From an uncultured Gammaproteobacteria bacterium (GTDB taxonomy: Bacteria; Pseudomonadota; Gammaproteobacteria; DRLM01): a stretch of DNA of 64,000 nt. A program made the translations under genes and the position numbers. Positions 39,306 to 53,407 of the stretch are shown here, piece after piece; positions within the stretch are counted from its first letter, which is position 1, and each line of letters opens with the position of its first letter. The stretch lies in contig CAVSNY010000007.1 of assembly GCA_963729605.1 (NCBI GenBank), positions 128,001-192,000 on the forward strand, read 5' to 3'. The notes under the pieces are model-generated. The model had not been told where the DNA came from. It saw nothing but the letters and a program-made list of their open reading frames with translations, and ran no database searches.

Positions 39306-40667
39306 ATGGGCGATAAAAAACACACCCTGACCCTTACCGACAGCGCCACCGGTAAATCCATCGAACTGCCGGTGCGCTACGGCACCGAAGGCCCGCCCGC
39401 GGTGGACATCGGGCCGCTTTATCGTGAATTCGGTTATTTCACTTACGACCCCGGTTTCGTCTCCACCGGCAGTTGCCGCAGCGCCATTACGTTCATCGAC
39501 GGTGAAAAAGGCGTGTTGCTGTATCGCGGTTATCCCATCGCGCAGCTCGCGGAAAAGAGCACGTTTCTCGAAGTCGCGTATCTGCTGCTCTACGGCGAGT
39601 TGCCCAGCCAGGATCAGCTGGACGGTTTCACCAACGTGATCGTGCGCCACACCATGATCAACGAAAGCCTCAAGAGTTTTTATCAAGGTTTCTATCACGA
39701 CGCCCACCCGATGGCGACCATGGTGGGGGTGGTGGGTTCGCTGTCGGCGTTTTATCACGACTCCACCGACATCCGTAATCCGCATCACCGCGAGATCGCC
39801 GCCCATCGTCTGATCGCCAAGATGCCCACCATCGCCGGCGCCAGCTACAAGCATTCCATCGGCGAACCGTTCGTGTATCCGAAAAACAGTTTGAGTTACG
39901 CCGGCAATTTTTTGCGGATGATGTTCGCGGTGCCGACCGAAGAATACGAAGTGGACCCGGTGGCGGAAAAGGCCCTGGATTTGATCTTCATTCTGCACGC
40001 CGATCACGAGCAAAACGCCAGCACCTCCACGGTGCGCCTGGCCGGCAGCTCCGGCGCCAATCCTTTCGCCTGCATCGCCTCCGGCATCGCCGCCCTGTGG
40101 GGGCCGGCGCACGGCGGCGCCAACGAGGCGGTGTTGCGCATGCTGGCGCAGATCGGCGACGTCAAACACATTCCCCAGTACCTGGCCAAGGCCAAGGACA
40201 AAAACGATCCCTTCCGTTTGATGGGTTTCGGCCATCGCGTGTATAAAAATTACGACCCGCGCGCCCGCATCATCCGCAAGATGTGTCATGAGGTGTTGGA
40301 GAAGGTCGGCGATCAGCACGACCCCTTGTTCGAACTGGCGCTGCGCCTCGAAGAGCTGGCGCTCAAAGACGATTATTTCATCGAGCGCAAACTCTATCCC
40401 AACGTCGATTTTTATTCCGGGCTGATCTACAAGGCGCTGGGCATTCCCACCAATATGTTCACCGTGATGTTCGCCATCGCCCGCACCGTGGGCTGGGTGG
40501 CGCAATGGATGGAGATGATCGGCGAGCCGGATCAAAAAATCGGCCGGCCTCGGCAGATCTACGACGGTCCCGCGGCGCGGGATTATCTGCCCATCCGCCG
40601 CCGCAAGGCCGCGGCCCCCGGTGCGGGCACGGCCGACCTCAACGGCGAGGCGCGTAATACGGATTAG
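39306..40667 (+). CDS. gltA: Type II citrate synthase
   Basis: [40 protein letters not shown] and YPNVDFYSG. Confidence 0.97.
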   Translation: MGDKKHTLTLTDSATGKSIELPVRYGTEGPPAVDIGPLYREFGYFTYDPGFVSTGSCRSAITFIDGEKGVLLYRGYPIAQLAEKSTFLEVAYLLLYGELPSQDQLDGFTNVIVRHTMINESLKSFYQGFYHDAHPMATMVGVVGSLSAFYHDSTDIRNPHHREIAAHRLIAKMPTIAGASYKHSIGEPFVYPKNSLSYAGNFLRMMFAVPTEEYEVDPVAEKALDLIFILHADHEQNASTSTVRLAGSSGANPFACIASGIAALWGPAHGGANEAVLRMLAQIGDVKHIPQYLAKAKDKNDPFRLMGFGHRVYKNYDPRARIIRKMCHEVLEKVGDQHDPLFELALRLEELALKDDYFIERKLYPNVDFYSGLIYKALGIPTNMFTVMFAIARTVGWVAQWMEMIGEPDQKIGRPRQIYDGPAARDYLPIRRRKAAAPGAGTADLNGEARNTD

Positions 40668-40686
40668 GTTGGGGAAGAAGTCGGCG

Positions 40687-40758
40687 CCGCCAAGACGCGG
40701 GGCCAAAAAACGCTCGAATCAAATCAAAAAATTTTGGCGTGCTTGGCGTCCAATGGTT
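40687..40758. repeat. Intergenic inverted repeat, CGCCAAG family (degenerate copy)
   Basis: CCGCCAAGACGCGGGGCCAA ... TTGGCGTGCTTGGCGTCCAATGGTT between convergent genes. Confidence 0.55.
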
Positions 40759-40761
40759 TTT

Positions 40762-41376
40762 TCAGAGGGTCTCCAGCAACACCCGCAACTCGTCGGCATT
40801 GGCCCGTTCCATCGGCCGGCCGTCCACGTCGCTCTTGAAGGCCTGCCGCGCCGCGACCGGCGGAAACACCACCAACAGCAGCGGCGTCTCTTCGGCGAGG
40901 AAGCGATAGGCCGGATAGGTGGCGGTCTCGCCGCCGCTCAAGGTCAGCCGCTTGTCGCAGAGTTGATGGGGAATGCGGTGTTCCATGAGAAACAGCCCCG
41001 GCTCTTCCGGGGTGTCGGCGAACACATGCAGATTGATCTCCGTGTGCTCATCGGCCGTGCCGCGCAGCACCGGCCCCACCAACCGCGGCTTGAAGCGTTC
41101 GAGAAACAACATGGCGTGCAGCGCGGTTTCCCGCAGGTGTTTTAAGCGCGCCGGCTGGCTGTCGGCGCGGAACAGCCGCTGATATTCCACCAGGGCCCGT
41201 TCGATCTCGTCATTGCGCGGCAGGTTGCGGGTGTTGCCGGCGCCGAGGCGGACCGCCGCCTTGTGTTTGGCTTTGTAAAAATCCGTCAAATGCTCCTCGC
41301 TCATGATGCGGGCGGCCTCGACGGCGATGAGTTGACGCATGCGGACTTCGTTGGTGTGGCCGCGACGGGGTTTCAT
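40762..41376 (-). CDS. Conserved hypothetical protein, nucleotidyltransferase-like fold suspected
   Basis: IAVEAARIM, AKHKAA, LPRNDEIE and PRLVGPVLRGTA...INLHVFAD. Confidence 0.75.
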   Translation of the reverse strand: MKPRRGHTNEVRMRQLIAVEAARIMSEEHLTDFYKAKHKAAVRLGAGNTRNLPRNDEIERALVEYQRLFRADSQPARLKHLRETALHAMLFLERFKPRLVGPVLRGTADEHTEINLHVFADTPEEPGLFLMEHRIPHQLCDKRLTLSGGETATYPAYRFLAEETPLLLVVFPPVAARQAFKSDVDGRPMERANADELRVLLETL

Positions 41377-41388
41377 GGCGTACTCCCC

Positions 41389-43821
41389 TTAAAATAATTG
41401 CTCCGGAATGGCCGATGGCGCGGCGCCCGGTTGCGTGCCGGCGGCGTCGGACGTCGGCGCCGTCGCGCGGGTGGACGGGACGTTGTCGGCGAAAAAGGTT
41501 TCGAACATGGCGTCGTGCTCGCCCGGCTCGGCCTGTAAGCCGGTGCCGGGATCGATGCGCACCGACACCAGGCCCGGCGGCTGTTCCAAAGGCCGGTCCG
41601 GCACATCTTGCAGCGCGGCGCGCATGAAGTCGATCCACATCGGCAGCGCGGCGCGGCCGCCGGTCTCGGCGTTGCCCAGCGGCCGGGTGTCGTCGAAGCC
41701 GACCCAGGCCACGGTGGCCACCGCGGGGCTATAGCCGGCGAACCAAGCGTCGCGCTGGTCGTTGGTGGTGCCGGTCTTGCCGGCGATGTCGTTGCGGCCC
41801 AATTGCGCGGCGCGCTGAGCGGTGCCGAGGCGGATCACGTCTTTCATCATGCTGGTCATCAGATAGGCATTCTGCGCGCTGATCGCCCGCGGTGCCAGCT
41901 TGGCGGCGGGCGCGGTGCGGGTGATGAGATTAGTGGCGGCGGGGACATCGGCGCCGGCCGGGGTGGTCGCGGGGTCGGCGTTATCGCAGTCGGCGCAGAC
42001 CCGGGTCGGCTCGGCCTGCCAGAGGATTACGCCTTGGGCGTCTTCGATGCGGTCGATGAAATAGGGCGTGACCCGGTAGCCGCCGTTGGCGAACACGGTG
42101 TAACCGGCCGCCAGGTTGAGAGGCGTGACGCTGTTGCTGCCCAGGGCGAGGGACAGGTTGCGCGGCAAGGAGGCCTTGTCGAAGCCGAAGCGGCTGACGT
42201 AGTCGATGGCGGTGTCGATGCCCGTCGCGCGCAGCACCCGGATCGACACCAGATTGCGGGAATGGGTCAGCGCCTCGCGCAGGCGGGTGGGGCCGTAAAA
42301 CTCGCCGGAATAGTTTTCCGGGCGCCAAGCGCTCTCCAGCTCGGGGTCGTCGAAGACCACCGGCGCGTCGTTGATGACGGTGGCCGGGGTCATGCCGTGC
42401 TCCAGGGCGGCGGAATAAACGAAGGGTTTGAAGCTGGAACCCGGTTGCCGGAGGGCCTGGGTGGCGCGGTTGAATTTGCTGCGATAGAAATCGAAACCGC
42501 CCACCAAGGCCAGCACCGCGCCGTCGTCGGGTCGCAGCGCGACCAGCGCGCCTTCCGCCTCGGGTATTTGGGCCAGGCGCGCCCGGCCGGTTTCATCGAT
42601 CGCTAAGCGCAGAATATCACCGGGCTTGGCCAGCTCGTTCGGGCGGACCGGGCCGTCGCCCTGCATCCGCCGCGCCCATTCCGTTCCCTCCAATGCCACG
42701 GAGATGAGTGTGCCGTCTCGGAGCGCCACTTGCAGCTGGCGATCGGTATTCACGACCAAGGCGGGCACCAGACCGCCCAAGCTATTGTAGCTGGCCAGGA
42801 GGGCGATCCAATCCTCGGCCCCGGCCTGGGCCGGCAATTTTACGTGGGCTTCGGCGCCGCGATAGCCGTGGCGCCGGTCGTATTCCAGCAGTGCGTTGTG
42901 CAAGGCGCGGTTGGCGGCGGCCTGCAAACGGGTGTCGAGGGTGGTGTAGACCTTCATCCCGGTGGTGTAGACGTCTTCGCCATAACGTTGGAACAGCTCG
43001 GCGCGCGCCTGCTCGGCGAGATAAGGCGCCTCCGCCTCGATGGGCAGGCTGCTGAGCCGGGCGGTGTCCTTCTCAGCGATCGCCGCACGGTAGTCCTCTT
43101 CGGTGAGGAAGTTAAGGTCGCGCATGCGCCCCAGCACATAATTGCGGCGGGTCAGGGCCCGTTCCGGATCGGCGATGGGGTTATAGCGCGACGGGGCCTT
43201 GGGCAGGCCGGCGATCATGGCCATCTGCGCCACGCTCAATTGAGGCAATTCCACGCCGTAATACACCTGCGCGGCGGCGGCCACCCCGTAGGCCCGCTGG
43301 CCCAGGTAGATCTTGTTGAGATACAGCTCGAGGATTTCCTGTTTGGTGAACTGCTGCTCGATCGTGAAAGCCAACAGGATCTCGTTGAATTTCCGAAGAT
43401 AGGTTTTTTCGCGGCCGAGGAAGAAGTTGCGCGCGACCTGCATGGTGATGGTGCTGCCGCCCTGGGTCTTTTGCCCGGTGGAAACCAGGATCCAGGCCGC
43501 TCGCAACAGACCTTGATAATCGACGCCCGGGTGTTGAAAAAAGCGGTCGTCTTCCGCGGCGAGGATCGCCTGCACCAGGGCGTCGGGGGCGTCGTCGAAG
43601 GTGATGGGGGTGCGCTTCATCTCCCCGTATTCGGCCAATAATTTGTGGTCCGAGGTATACACCCGCAAGGGGACTTGGTAGCGTACGTCCCGCAACGCCT
43701 CGGGGGAGGGAAGTTGGGGGGCCAGGTAGAAGTAGAGGGAGGCGGCGGCGATCCCGCCGATCAACAGCAGCCCCGCTAGAACGATCGCACCCAGGCGGGC
43801 CGCTTTTGAAAAAAATGTCAT
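41389..43821 (-). CDS. mrcA: Penicillin-binding protein 1A
   Basis: AAEDDRF, GGSTITMQ, QPGSSFKP, SRN and KTGT motifs; divergent from pilM. Confidence 0.96.
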   Translation of the reverse strand: MTFFSKAARLGAIVLAGLLLIGGIAAASLYFYLAPQLPSPEALRDVRYQVPLRVYTSDHKLLAEYGEMKRTPITFDDAPDALVQAILAAEDDRFFQHPGVDYQGLLRAAWILVSTGQKTQGGSTITMQVARNFFLGREKTYLRKFNEILLAFTIEQQFTKQEILELYLNKIYLGQRAYGVAAAAQVYYGVELPQLSVAQMAMIAGLPKAPSRYNPIADPERALTRRNYVLGRMRDLNFLTEEDYRAAIAEKDTARLSSLPIEAEAPYLAEQARAELFQRYGEDVYTTGMKVYTTLDTRLQAAANRALHNALLEYDRRHGYRGAEAHVKLPAQAGAEDWIALLASYNSLGGLVPALVVNTDRQLQVALRDGTLISVALEGTEWARRMQGDGPVRPNELAKPGDILRLAIDETGRARLAQIPEAEGALVALRPDDGAVLALVGGFDFYRSKFNRATQALRQPGSSFKPFVYSAALEHGMTPATVINDAPVVFDDPELESAWRPENYSGEFYGPTRLREALTHSRNLVSIRVLRATGIDTAIDYVSRFGFDKASLPRNLSLALGSNSVTPLNLAAGYTVFANGGYRVTPYFIDRIEDAQGVILWQAEPTRVCADCDNADPATTPAGADVPAATNLITRTAPAAKLAPRAISAQNAYLMTSMMKDVIRLGTAQRAAQLGRNDIAGKTGTTNDQRDAWFAGYSPAVATVAWVGFDDTRPLGNAETGGRAALPMWIDFMRAALQDVPDRPLEQPPGLVSVRIDPGTGLQAEPGEHDAMFETFFADNVPSTRATAPTSDAAGTQPGAAPSAIPEQLF

Positions 43822-43965
43822 TGCTCGGGAGATGGCTGTGAACTGCGTTAAGTTAAAGTAGATTAAGGTTTAGTATAAAGGTTCCGATATAACGAAGCGA
43901 ACCGAGTTGTGTTCCTTACGCTTATTTATTATGGTTGAGTGCGGGAATTTACGTGCTGAGGATAA

Positions 43966-45634
<1,669 letters not shown>

Positions 45635-45638
<4 letters not shown>

Positions 45639-46234
45639 CGTTCGAAGAACTAAAACAGCAGTTACAAGGACTGGATTTCAGCGACATCGCCAATTGGCCG
45701 GTGTTCGCGAAAGTCGGCGCCGTGGTGATCCTCTGCGGCGTGGTGCTGGGCGCGGGATTCTGGTTCGATACGCGCGGCCAACTGGATCAACTGGAAGCGG
45801 CCGAGAAACAAGAGGCCGAGTTCAAGCAGAGTTTTGAAAGCAAGCAGCACAAGGCCGCCAATCTTCAGGTGTACCGCGAACAGATGGATGAGATGAAACG
45901 TTCGTTCGGGACCATGCTGCGCCAACTGCCTTCCAAAACCGAAATTGCCGAATTGCTGGTCGACATCTCGCAAACCGGCTTGAGCAACGGTCTGGAGTTC
46001 GAATTGTTCAAACCGGATGCGGACAAACCCGCCGAGTTTTATGTCGAGCTGCCGATCAAGATCAAGGTGACCGGCAATTATCATGAATTCGGCAGCTTCG
46101 TCAGCGGCGTGGCGCAGTTGCCGCGCATCGTCACCTTGCACGATATCAACATCGCCCCGGCGAAAGAAGGCGGCGATTTGACCATGGAGTTGACGGCGAA
46201 GACGTATCGTTATCTCGAGGAGGGCGCGCAATGA
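45635..46234 (+). CDS. pilO: Type IV pilus assembly protein PilO
   Basis: LRQLPSKTEI, FYVELPI and LPRIVTLHD. Confidence 0.95.
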
Positions 46235-46800
46235 GCGGGTACGGCGCGCAATTTAAAAATGCAGCTTCCCGGTTTGATGTGCGGCGGGTGGCCTGGATGG
46301 GCTTGCTGAGTTTGGCGCTGGTGGCGTGTAGCGGCGACAATATGGACGACTTGCGCGCCTATGTCGAAGCCACCAAGGCCAAACCCGGCGGCCGGGTGGA
46401 ACCGATCCCCGAGGTGAAGCCTTTCGAATCCTTCGTGTATCAGGTGGCGGGTCGTAAGTCGCCCTTTGAGCCGTGGACCGCCAATACCAGCGGCTCGCGC
46501 AGGAATGCCGTGCCGGGCACCGGCCCGGCGCCGGATGACAACCGCCGCAAGGAGGCCTTGGAGTCTTTCCCCTTGGACACCTTGCGGATGGTCGGCACAC
46601 TCGCCCAAAAAGACGGGATGTGGGCCATTGTTAAGGCCCCGGATGGCCTGGTTTACCGAGTTGCCCGCAATAACTACATGGGACAAAACCATGGCCGGGT
46701 GACGCGGGTGAGCGAGGATCGGATCGACCTGACGGAGATCATCCCCGACGGGCTGGGAGGATGGCAGGAGCGCCAAGCAGGTTTGGCGTTAGCAGAATAA
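46231..46800 (+). CDS. pilP: Type IV pilus lipoprotein PilP
   Basis: Lipobox LVAC, SPF, KEALESFPLDTLRMVG and YMGQNHG. Confidence 0.93.
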   Translation: MSGYGAQFKNAASRFDVRRVAWMGLLSLALVACSGDNMDDLRAYVEATKAKPGGRVEPIPEVKPFESFVYQVAGRKSPFEPWTANTSGSRRNAVPGTGPAPDDNRRKEALESFPLDTLRMVGTLAQKDGMWAIVKAPDGLVYRVARNNYMGQNHGRVTRVSEDRIDLTEIIPDGLGGWQERQAGLALAE

Positions 46801-46822
46801 TCCCAATAGGGGGCCAGATGTG

Positions 46823-48994
46823 ATGAGCGGAACACAACTGATGAGAGTGAAAATAATGGCTAGCGTAGGCAAACGAAGGGCGTTGCTGCATTACTGCACC
46901 TTGGTCGCGATGATGTTGGTGCTGAGTGCGCCGGCGCGGGCGGCCGACGGGGCGATGTCGCAATTGGAAGACGTGACCTTTCTGGCCTTGCCGGGCAACC
47001 GGGTGCAGGTGGAGTTGACCTTATCCGGTCCGGTGCCCGAGCCCAGTAACTTCGCCACCGACACGCCGGCGCGCATCGCCCTGGATTTTCCCGGCACCAC
47101 CAGCAATCTCGCCAAAAAGACCCACCCGGTGGGCATAGGCGCGGTGACCGGCATCGCCGCCGTGCAGGGCAAGGGCCGCACCCGGGTGGTGGTGGATTTG
47201 GTTAAGAAGGTGCCTTACCAGACCCGCATCGAAGGCAATCGCTTTTATATCACCATTGAAAGCGGCGAAGCGGTGGCCGCCAGTGCCGGCGCCCCTTCTT
47301 TGGGTGGTGTCGGCGCCGCGCCCCCCGCGCTGGGCATGCCCGCCTTTCGTATCAACAACGTGGATTTTCGTCGGGGTGAAAAGGGCGAGGCGCGGATCAT
47401 CGTTTCGTTATCCGATCCGGCCACCCCGGTGAACGTGCGCGAACAAGGCGGCAAGCTGCTGCTGGATTTCGCCGGGACCGCGCTGCCCAAAGAATTGGAA
47501 CGGCGTCTCGACGTGGTGGATTTCGCCACGCCGGTGAGCATGATCGACGCCTTTACCCTGGGTCACGATGCGCGCCTGGTGATCAGCGCCTCCGGGATCT
47601 ATGAACACCTGGCCTATCAGACCGATCGCCAGTTCACCTTGGAAGTGAAGCCGGTCAGCAAGGCCGCGCAGGAACAAAAAAAGAAAGAGGAGCAGGGTTA
47701 TACCGGCGAGAAACTGTCGCTCAATTTCCAAGACATCGAAGTGCGTGCCGCGCTGCAAATCATCGCCGACTTCACCGGCTTGAACATCGTCGTGAGCGAC
47801 ACCGTGCAAGGCGCCATCAGCTTGCGTTTGAAGGACGTGCCGTGGGATCAGGCCATGGACATCATTCTGCGCAGCAAGGCCCTCGCCATGCGCAAAAACG
47901 GCAATGTGATCCTGGTGGCGCCCGGCGCGGAAATCGCCGCCCGCGAAAAAGAGGATTTGGAGTCGCAAAAACAAATCACCGAGTTGGAGCCTTTGCGTTC
48001 CGAGCTGGTGCAAGTCAATTACGCCAAGGCGTCCGATTTCGCCGTGCTGATCCGTTCCAAGGAAAGTTCCTTGTTGTCCGAGCGCGGCAACGTCACGGTG
48101 GATGAGCGCACCAACTCGCTGCTCATCCAAGACACCGCCGGCCGCCTGGGCGAGATCCGCAAGGTGGTCACCGAGCTGGACATCCCGGTGCGGCAGGTGC
48201 TCATCGAATCGCGAATCGTGATCGCCAACGACGATTACAGTCGTGAACTGGGTGTTCGTTTCGGGGCGACCAGCATTCAAAGGAACGGCAATAGCGGCGT
48301 GGTCAGCCTCACCGGGTCGGCGGCCGGCAACGATACCGTGGTGGGAAGCGCGATCAACAATCTCGCCACCACCGGCCAGGCCTTCCCCGTGACCGCTCCC
48401 AGCCTGACCGACCGGCTGGGCGTGAATCTGCCGGTGGCCTCGCCCGCCGGCCGCATCGGCTTGGCGCTGCTCGGCCGGGATTATTTGGTGGATCTCGAAT
48501 TGTCCGCCTTGCAGGCCGAAGGGCGCGGCGAAGTGGTGTCCAATCCCCGGGTGATCACCGCCAACCAAAAAGAGGCCCTCATCGAGCAAGGCGTGGAGAT
48601 TCCCTATCAGGAAGCCAGTTCCAGCGGCGCCACCTCGGTGTCCTTCAAAAAGGCGGTGCTGGGTTTGAGGGTCAAACCGCAAATCACCCCCGATGATCGG
48701 GTCATCATGGATCTCAATGTGAGCAAGGATACCGTGGGTGAGATATTCAACGGCGTGCCCAGCATCAACACCCGCGAGATCAATACCCAGGTGCTGGTGG
48801 AAAACGGCGAGACCGTGGTGCTCGGCGGGATCTACGAACAGACCCGCAGTAACGAAGTGACCAAGGTGCCTTTGTTGGGCGATCTGCCCGTGTTGGGCGC
48901 CTTGTTCCGCAGCACGCGCACTGTCGACGACAAGGTGGAATTGTTGATTTTCATAACGCCGAAGATTTTGAAAGAGAGCCTGGGTGGTCGTTGA
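46823..48994 (+). CDS. pilQ: Type IV pilus secretin PilQ
   Basis: AMIN domains, YTGEKLSLNFQDI, VPWDQA and KVPLLGDLPVLGALFR. Exact start uncertain. Confidence 0.96.
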   Translation: MSGTQLMRVKIMASVGKRRALLHYCTLVAMMLVLSAPARAADGAMSQLEDVTFLALPGNRVQVELTLSGPVPEPSNFATDTPARIALDFPGTTSNLAKKTHPVGIGAVTGIAAVQGKGRTRVVVDLVKKVPYQTRIEGNRFYITIESGEAVAASAGAPSLGGVGAAPPALGMPAFRINNVDFRRGEKGEARIIVSLSDPATPVNVREQGGKLLLDFAGTALPKELERRLDVVDFATPVSMIDAFTLGHDARLVISASGIYEHLAYQTDRQFTLEVKPVSKAAQEQKKKEEQGYTGEKLSLNFQDIEVRAALQIIADFTGLNIVVSDTVQGAISLRLKDVPWDQAMDIILRSKALAMRKNGNVILVAPGAEIAAREKEDLESQKQITELEPLRSELVQVNYAKASDFAVLIRSKESSLLSERGNVTVDERTNSLLIQDTAGRLGEIRKVVTELDIPVRQVLIESRIVIANDDYSRELGVRFGATSIQRNGNSGVVSLTGSAAGNDTVVGSAINNLATTGQAFPVTAPSLTDRLGVNLPVASPAGRIGLALLGRDYLVDLELSALQAEGRGEVVSNPRVITANQKEALIEQGVEIPYQEASSSGATSVSFKKAVLGLRVKPQITPDDRVIMDLNVSKDTVGEIFNGVPSINTREINTQVLVENGETVVLGGIYEQTRSNEVTKVPLLGDLPVLGALFRSTRTVDDKVELLIFITPKILKESLGGR

Positions 48995-49105
48995 ACGGGT
49001 TGCTAGTGTTGGCGAATCGATGAGGCCGATGTACGAAATTATTGAGCGGCGGATCAACGGGGCGTGCAAAAATTTGCCGTCATTTTTCGCTGCTGGAGGT
49101 CAGGT

Positions 49106-51282
49106 ATGCTGAACATGATAAAAATGACAGGGTTGTTTCTGATGATCGCCGCATTGAGCGCCTGCGGCGGCGGAGATGGGTTTAGCGGCGGGGGAACCAC
49201 AGAGCCCGAACAGCCCCCCAGTCATTCCACTCCGCGGTCACCGCGGCGGTCAGTCTCTCGACCAGTCAAGTGTCCATTAAATCGGACAATTCGGACAACG
49301 CCACCGTCACCGCCACGGTGCTGGACGCCAATAACGCGGTGGTGCCCGGCGTCGCCGTGGCCTTCAGCGCCAGCGGCGGTCAATCGACCGCCTCGGCGGT
49401 GCAGACCGATGCCTTGGGCAAGGCCACGGTGATCCTCTCCTCCGGTACCGCCGATCCAAGCAATCGCATCGCGACCGTGACCGCCACGGTCACAGGAATC
49501 ACCCCGGCGCAAATACCCGTCCAGATCAGCGGTTCGACTATCACCATTGCGACGAATACCACATCTCTTATTCCCGGTACCGCACCCACCGCGACCTTGA
49601 CCCTGACCGCCAAGAACGCGAGTGGCCAAGGTGTTTTCAATACCCCTTTGACCTTGAGTGTTGCCGGTGTTGGCGCCACCCCGGGTGCGGCCACGCTGTC
49701 CGCCACCACGGGCAATACCGATGTGTCGGGCTTGCTGGGTGCGACCATTACCGGGACCTCGCCGGGCACCGTGCGCCTGACGGTCACTGGCTTGGGCTTC
49801 ACAGCTATCCAGGATTTCACCGTGGTGTCGGCGGAAGCGCCTTCCAGATCACGGCCCCGGCCTCCAGTCCGGCCTCCTTGTCCATCGGTTCCAATCTCAC
49901 TGTCACGGTCTCGGCGCCCAGTTCAAGCACGGTCCGTTTCGTCACGACCCTGGGCGCCTGGGACGGCTCGGCCAACCCCATGGTGGTCAAGACGGTCAGC
50001 GGCGGGGTGGCCTCCGCCGTACTGAATTCGGCGGTTAATGGCGGCGTCGCCAATGTGCAGGTTTTGGATGGCAGCGATTCGACGATCCAGGATTCCACCG
50101 CGGTATTGATAGCCGCCCCGGCCAGCACCGCCACCGCTATCACCCTGCAATCGGATGTCAGTGTCCTGGCGCCGAGTACCGGCAGTTTGGCGAATCAGGC
50201 GATTTTGACCGCGACGGTGAAAAACGCCAGCCTGCAACCCGTCGCCAGCGCCCCAGTGATATTTTCCATTTCCAGCGCCACCGGCGGCGGCGAGTCCTTG
50301 TCGATAGCCTATGGGCTCACCGATTCCGCCGGCGAATCAGATCGACCTTCACCTCCGGCAATTTAGCCTCCACGCAAACGCGGTGTGGTGGTGACGGCAA
50401 CGGTGGTGGACGCTTCAGGTGCGACGATTGACTCCGATCAAAAGAGCATCGTGATCGGCGGTACCGCGGGGTCCGTGGTGGTGGGTGGCGGCACCGTGGT
50501 CGGTGAACTCGACCCGGCGACCTATTCTTATCCCATGTCGGTGCTGGTGGCGGACACCAACGGTAACGCCATCAGTGGCGCGGTGGTGACCTTAAGCGTC
50601 TGGCCCGCCTTTTACGCCAACGGCTATTGGCTGGATACGGATATCGATCCTTCTCCGGATCAAATTGTATGCGCGGCGCAGCGATTCGGCGCCTTCCCGA
50701 ACGAGGATATCAATGAGAATCTTACGCTGGACGCGGGTGAGAACATTGGACCCAACGAGGATCTGAACAATAATGGAATTCCTGATAGCGTGACCTATGT
50801 CGACAATGGAGTAACGATTGCTTTGGACGAAGATTTGAATGGTAATGGTCAGTTGGATACGGCAGCGGATGAAGATATTAATGGAAACCGCATACTTGAT
50901 GCGGTTGAGGACCTGGATGGGGATGGTTTCTTGGATACGAATGAAGACCTGAATAATAACGGTGCCTTGGATTCGGGTGAGGATCTAAATGGTAATCTGG
51001 TTCTCGATGCGCGCGTAACTGACGGCCAACTCACACCGGGCAATTCCGGCGGTAAGCGGCGCCGCCCCCCGCACACTGACCACCGACTCCAACGGGGTGG
51101 CATCCTTCAATCTGGTCTACCTCAAGGCCCACGCAGTCTGGATCAAGTCTCGCATCCGCGCCAGTGTCGAAGTCTTCGGCACCGAGACTACCGGTACTTT
51201 AAGTTTCTGGCTCCCGGCGGAGAGGACAGAGGCGGAAGATTGTCTGTTGCCGGATTCGCCATTTAATCCGGCGGGGCTGTAA
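49106..51282 (+). CDS. Large Ig-like (Big_1/intimin-type) domain lipoprotein with EDxNxNGxLD repeats; about 4 apparent frameshifts
   Basis: Lipobox LSAC-GGG, repeated TATVLDANN..V.GV.V.F / TDxxG Ig motifs across five ORF fragments, 7 Asp/Asn-rich repeats, C-terminus ending DSPFNPAGL. Confidence 0.8.
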
Positions 51283-51289
51283 TTGGAGA

Positions 51290-51328
51290 GCTGAAGGCAG
51301 GCGGTAAGGCCTGCCTTCAGCCCTCTTT
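51290..51328 (+). terminator. Hairpin terminator after the Ig-like gene
   Basis: GCTGAAGGCAGGC-GGTAAG-GCCTGCCTTCAGC followed by CCTCTTT. Confidence 0.65.
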
Positions 51329-51404
51329 AAATCGTATTACCTAAATTCTCCACAAACTCTTTTGCCTTGCCTACTCCCCCGTCTCATAACGCAAGGATAG
51401 GCCC

Positions 51405-51935
51405 GTGAACACTCCCCGCAACATCTTCCTCATCGGCCTCATGGGCGCCGGCAAGTCCACCATCGGGCGGCAGCTGGCCAAGGAACTGGGCTGGGCCTTC
51501 GTCGACAGCGATCACGAGATCGAGGCGCGCACCGGGGCGAGTATCCCGCTGATCTTCGATGTGGAGGGCGAGGCGGGTTTCCGTCTGCGGGAAAAAAAGG
51601 TGATCGACGAACTGACCCAGCGCGAGCGCATCGTGCTCGCCACCGGCGGCGGGGTGGTGCTGGACCCGGAAAACCGCGCCCATCTGGCGGCGCGCGGGAC
51701 GGTGGTGTATCTCTCGGCGACGGCGGATCAGCTCTTCGCGCGCACCGCCAAGGACCGCAACCGCCCGCTGCTGCAAATCGCCGATCCGCGCGCCAAGCTG
51801 GAGAGTCTGCTGGAGATCCGTGACCCGCTTTACCGCGAGATCGCCGACCTGGTGGTGGATACCGGCAAACGCTCGGTGCGCACCGCCGAACGGGAAATCC
51901 TTGCTAAAATGCGCGAGTGCGGTCTGACGGATTGA
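51405..51935 (+). CDS. aroK: Shikimate kinase
   Basis: [27 protein letters not shown] and RPLL. Confidence 0.96.
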   Translation: MNTPRNIFLIGLMGAGKSTIGRQLAKELGWAFVDSDHEIEARTGASIPLIFDVEGEAGFRLREKKVIDELTQRERIVLATGGGVVLDPENRAHLAARGTVVYLSATADQLFARTAKDRNRPLLQIADPRAKLESLLEIRDPLYREIADLVVDTGKRSVRTAEREILAKMRECGLTD

Positions 51936-52085
51936 GCGCGGCCGAAATCCGCCAGGCCGCTAGACGCGGAGGACGCCCAGATGAAAATTTTAGGAGAGCT
52001 TGATCGATTCGCCAGATCGGGTGTGACCTAGGATAGGTCAACAGGCCCTAGTGTGTAGCGCGTCGTGAATTCAGGAACGGAGATA

Positions 52086-53400
<1,315 letters not shown>

Positions 53401-53407
53401 CCCGAAT

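Noticed and set aside
50700-51008. Periodic sequence resembling a CRISPR or tandem array
   Set aside because: The periodicity is at the protein level with synonymous variation; there are no identical DNA repeats with spacers and no cas genes.
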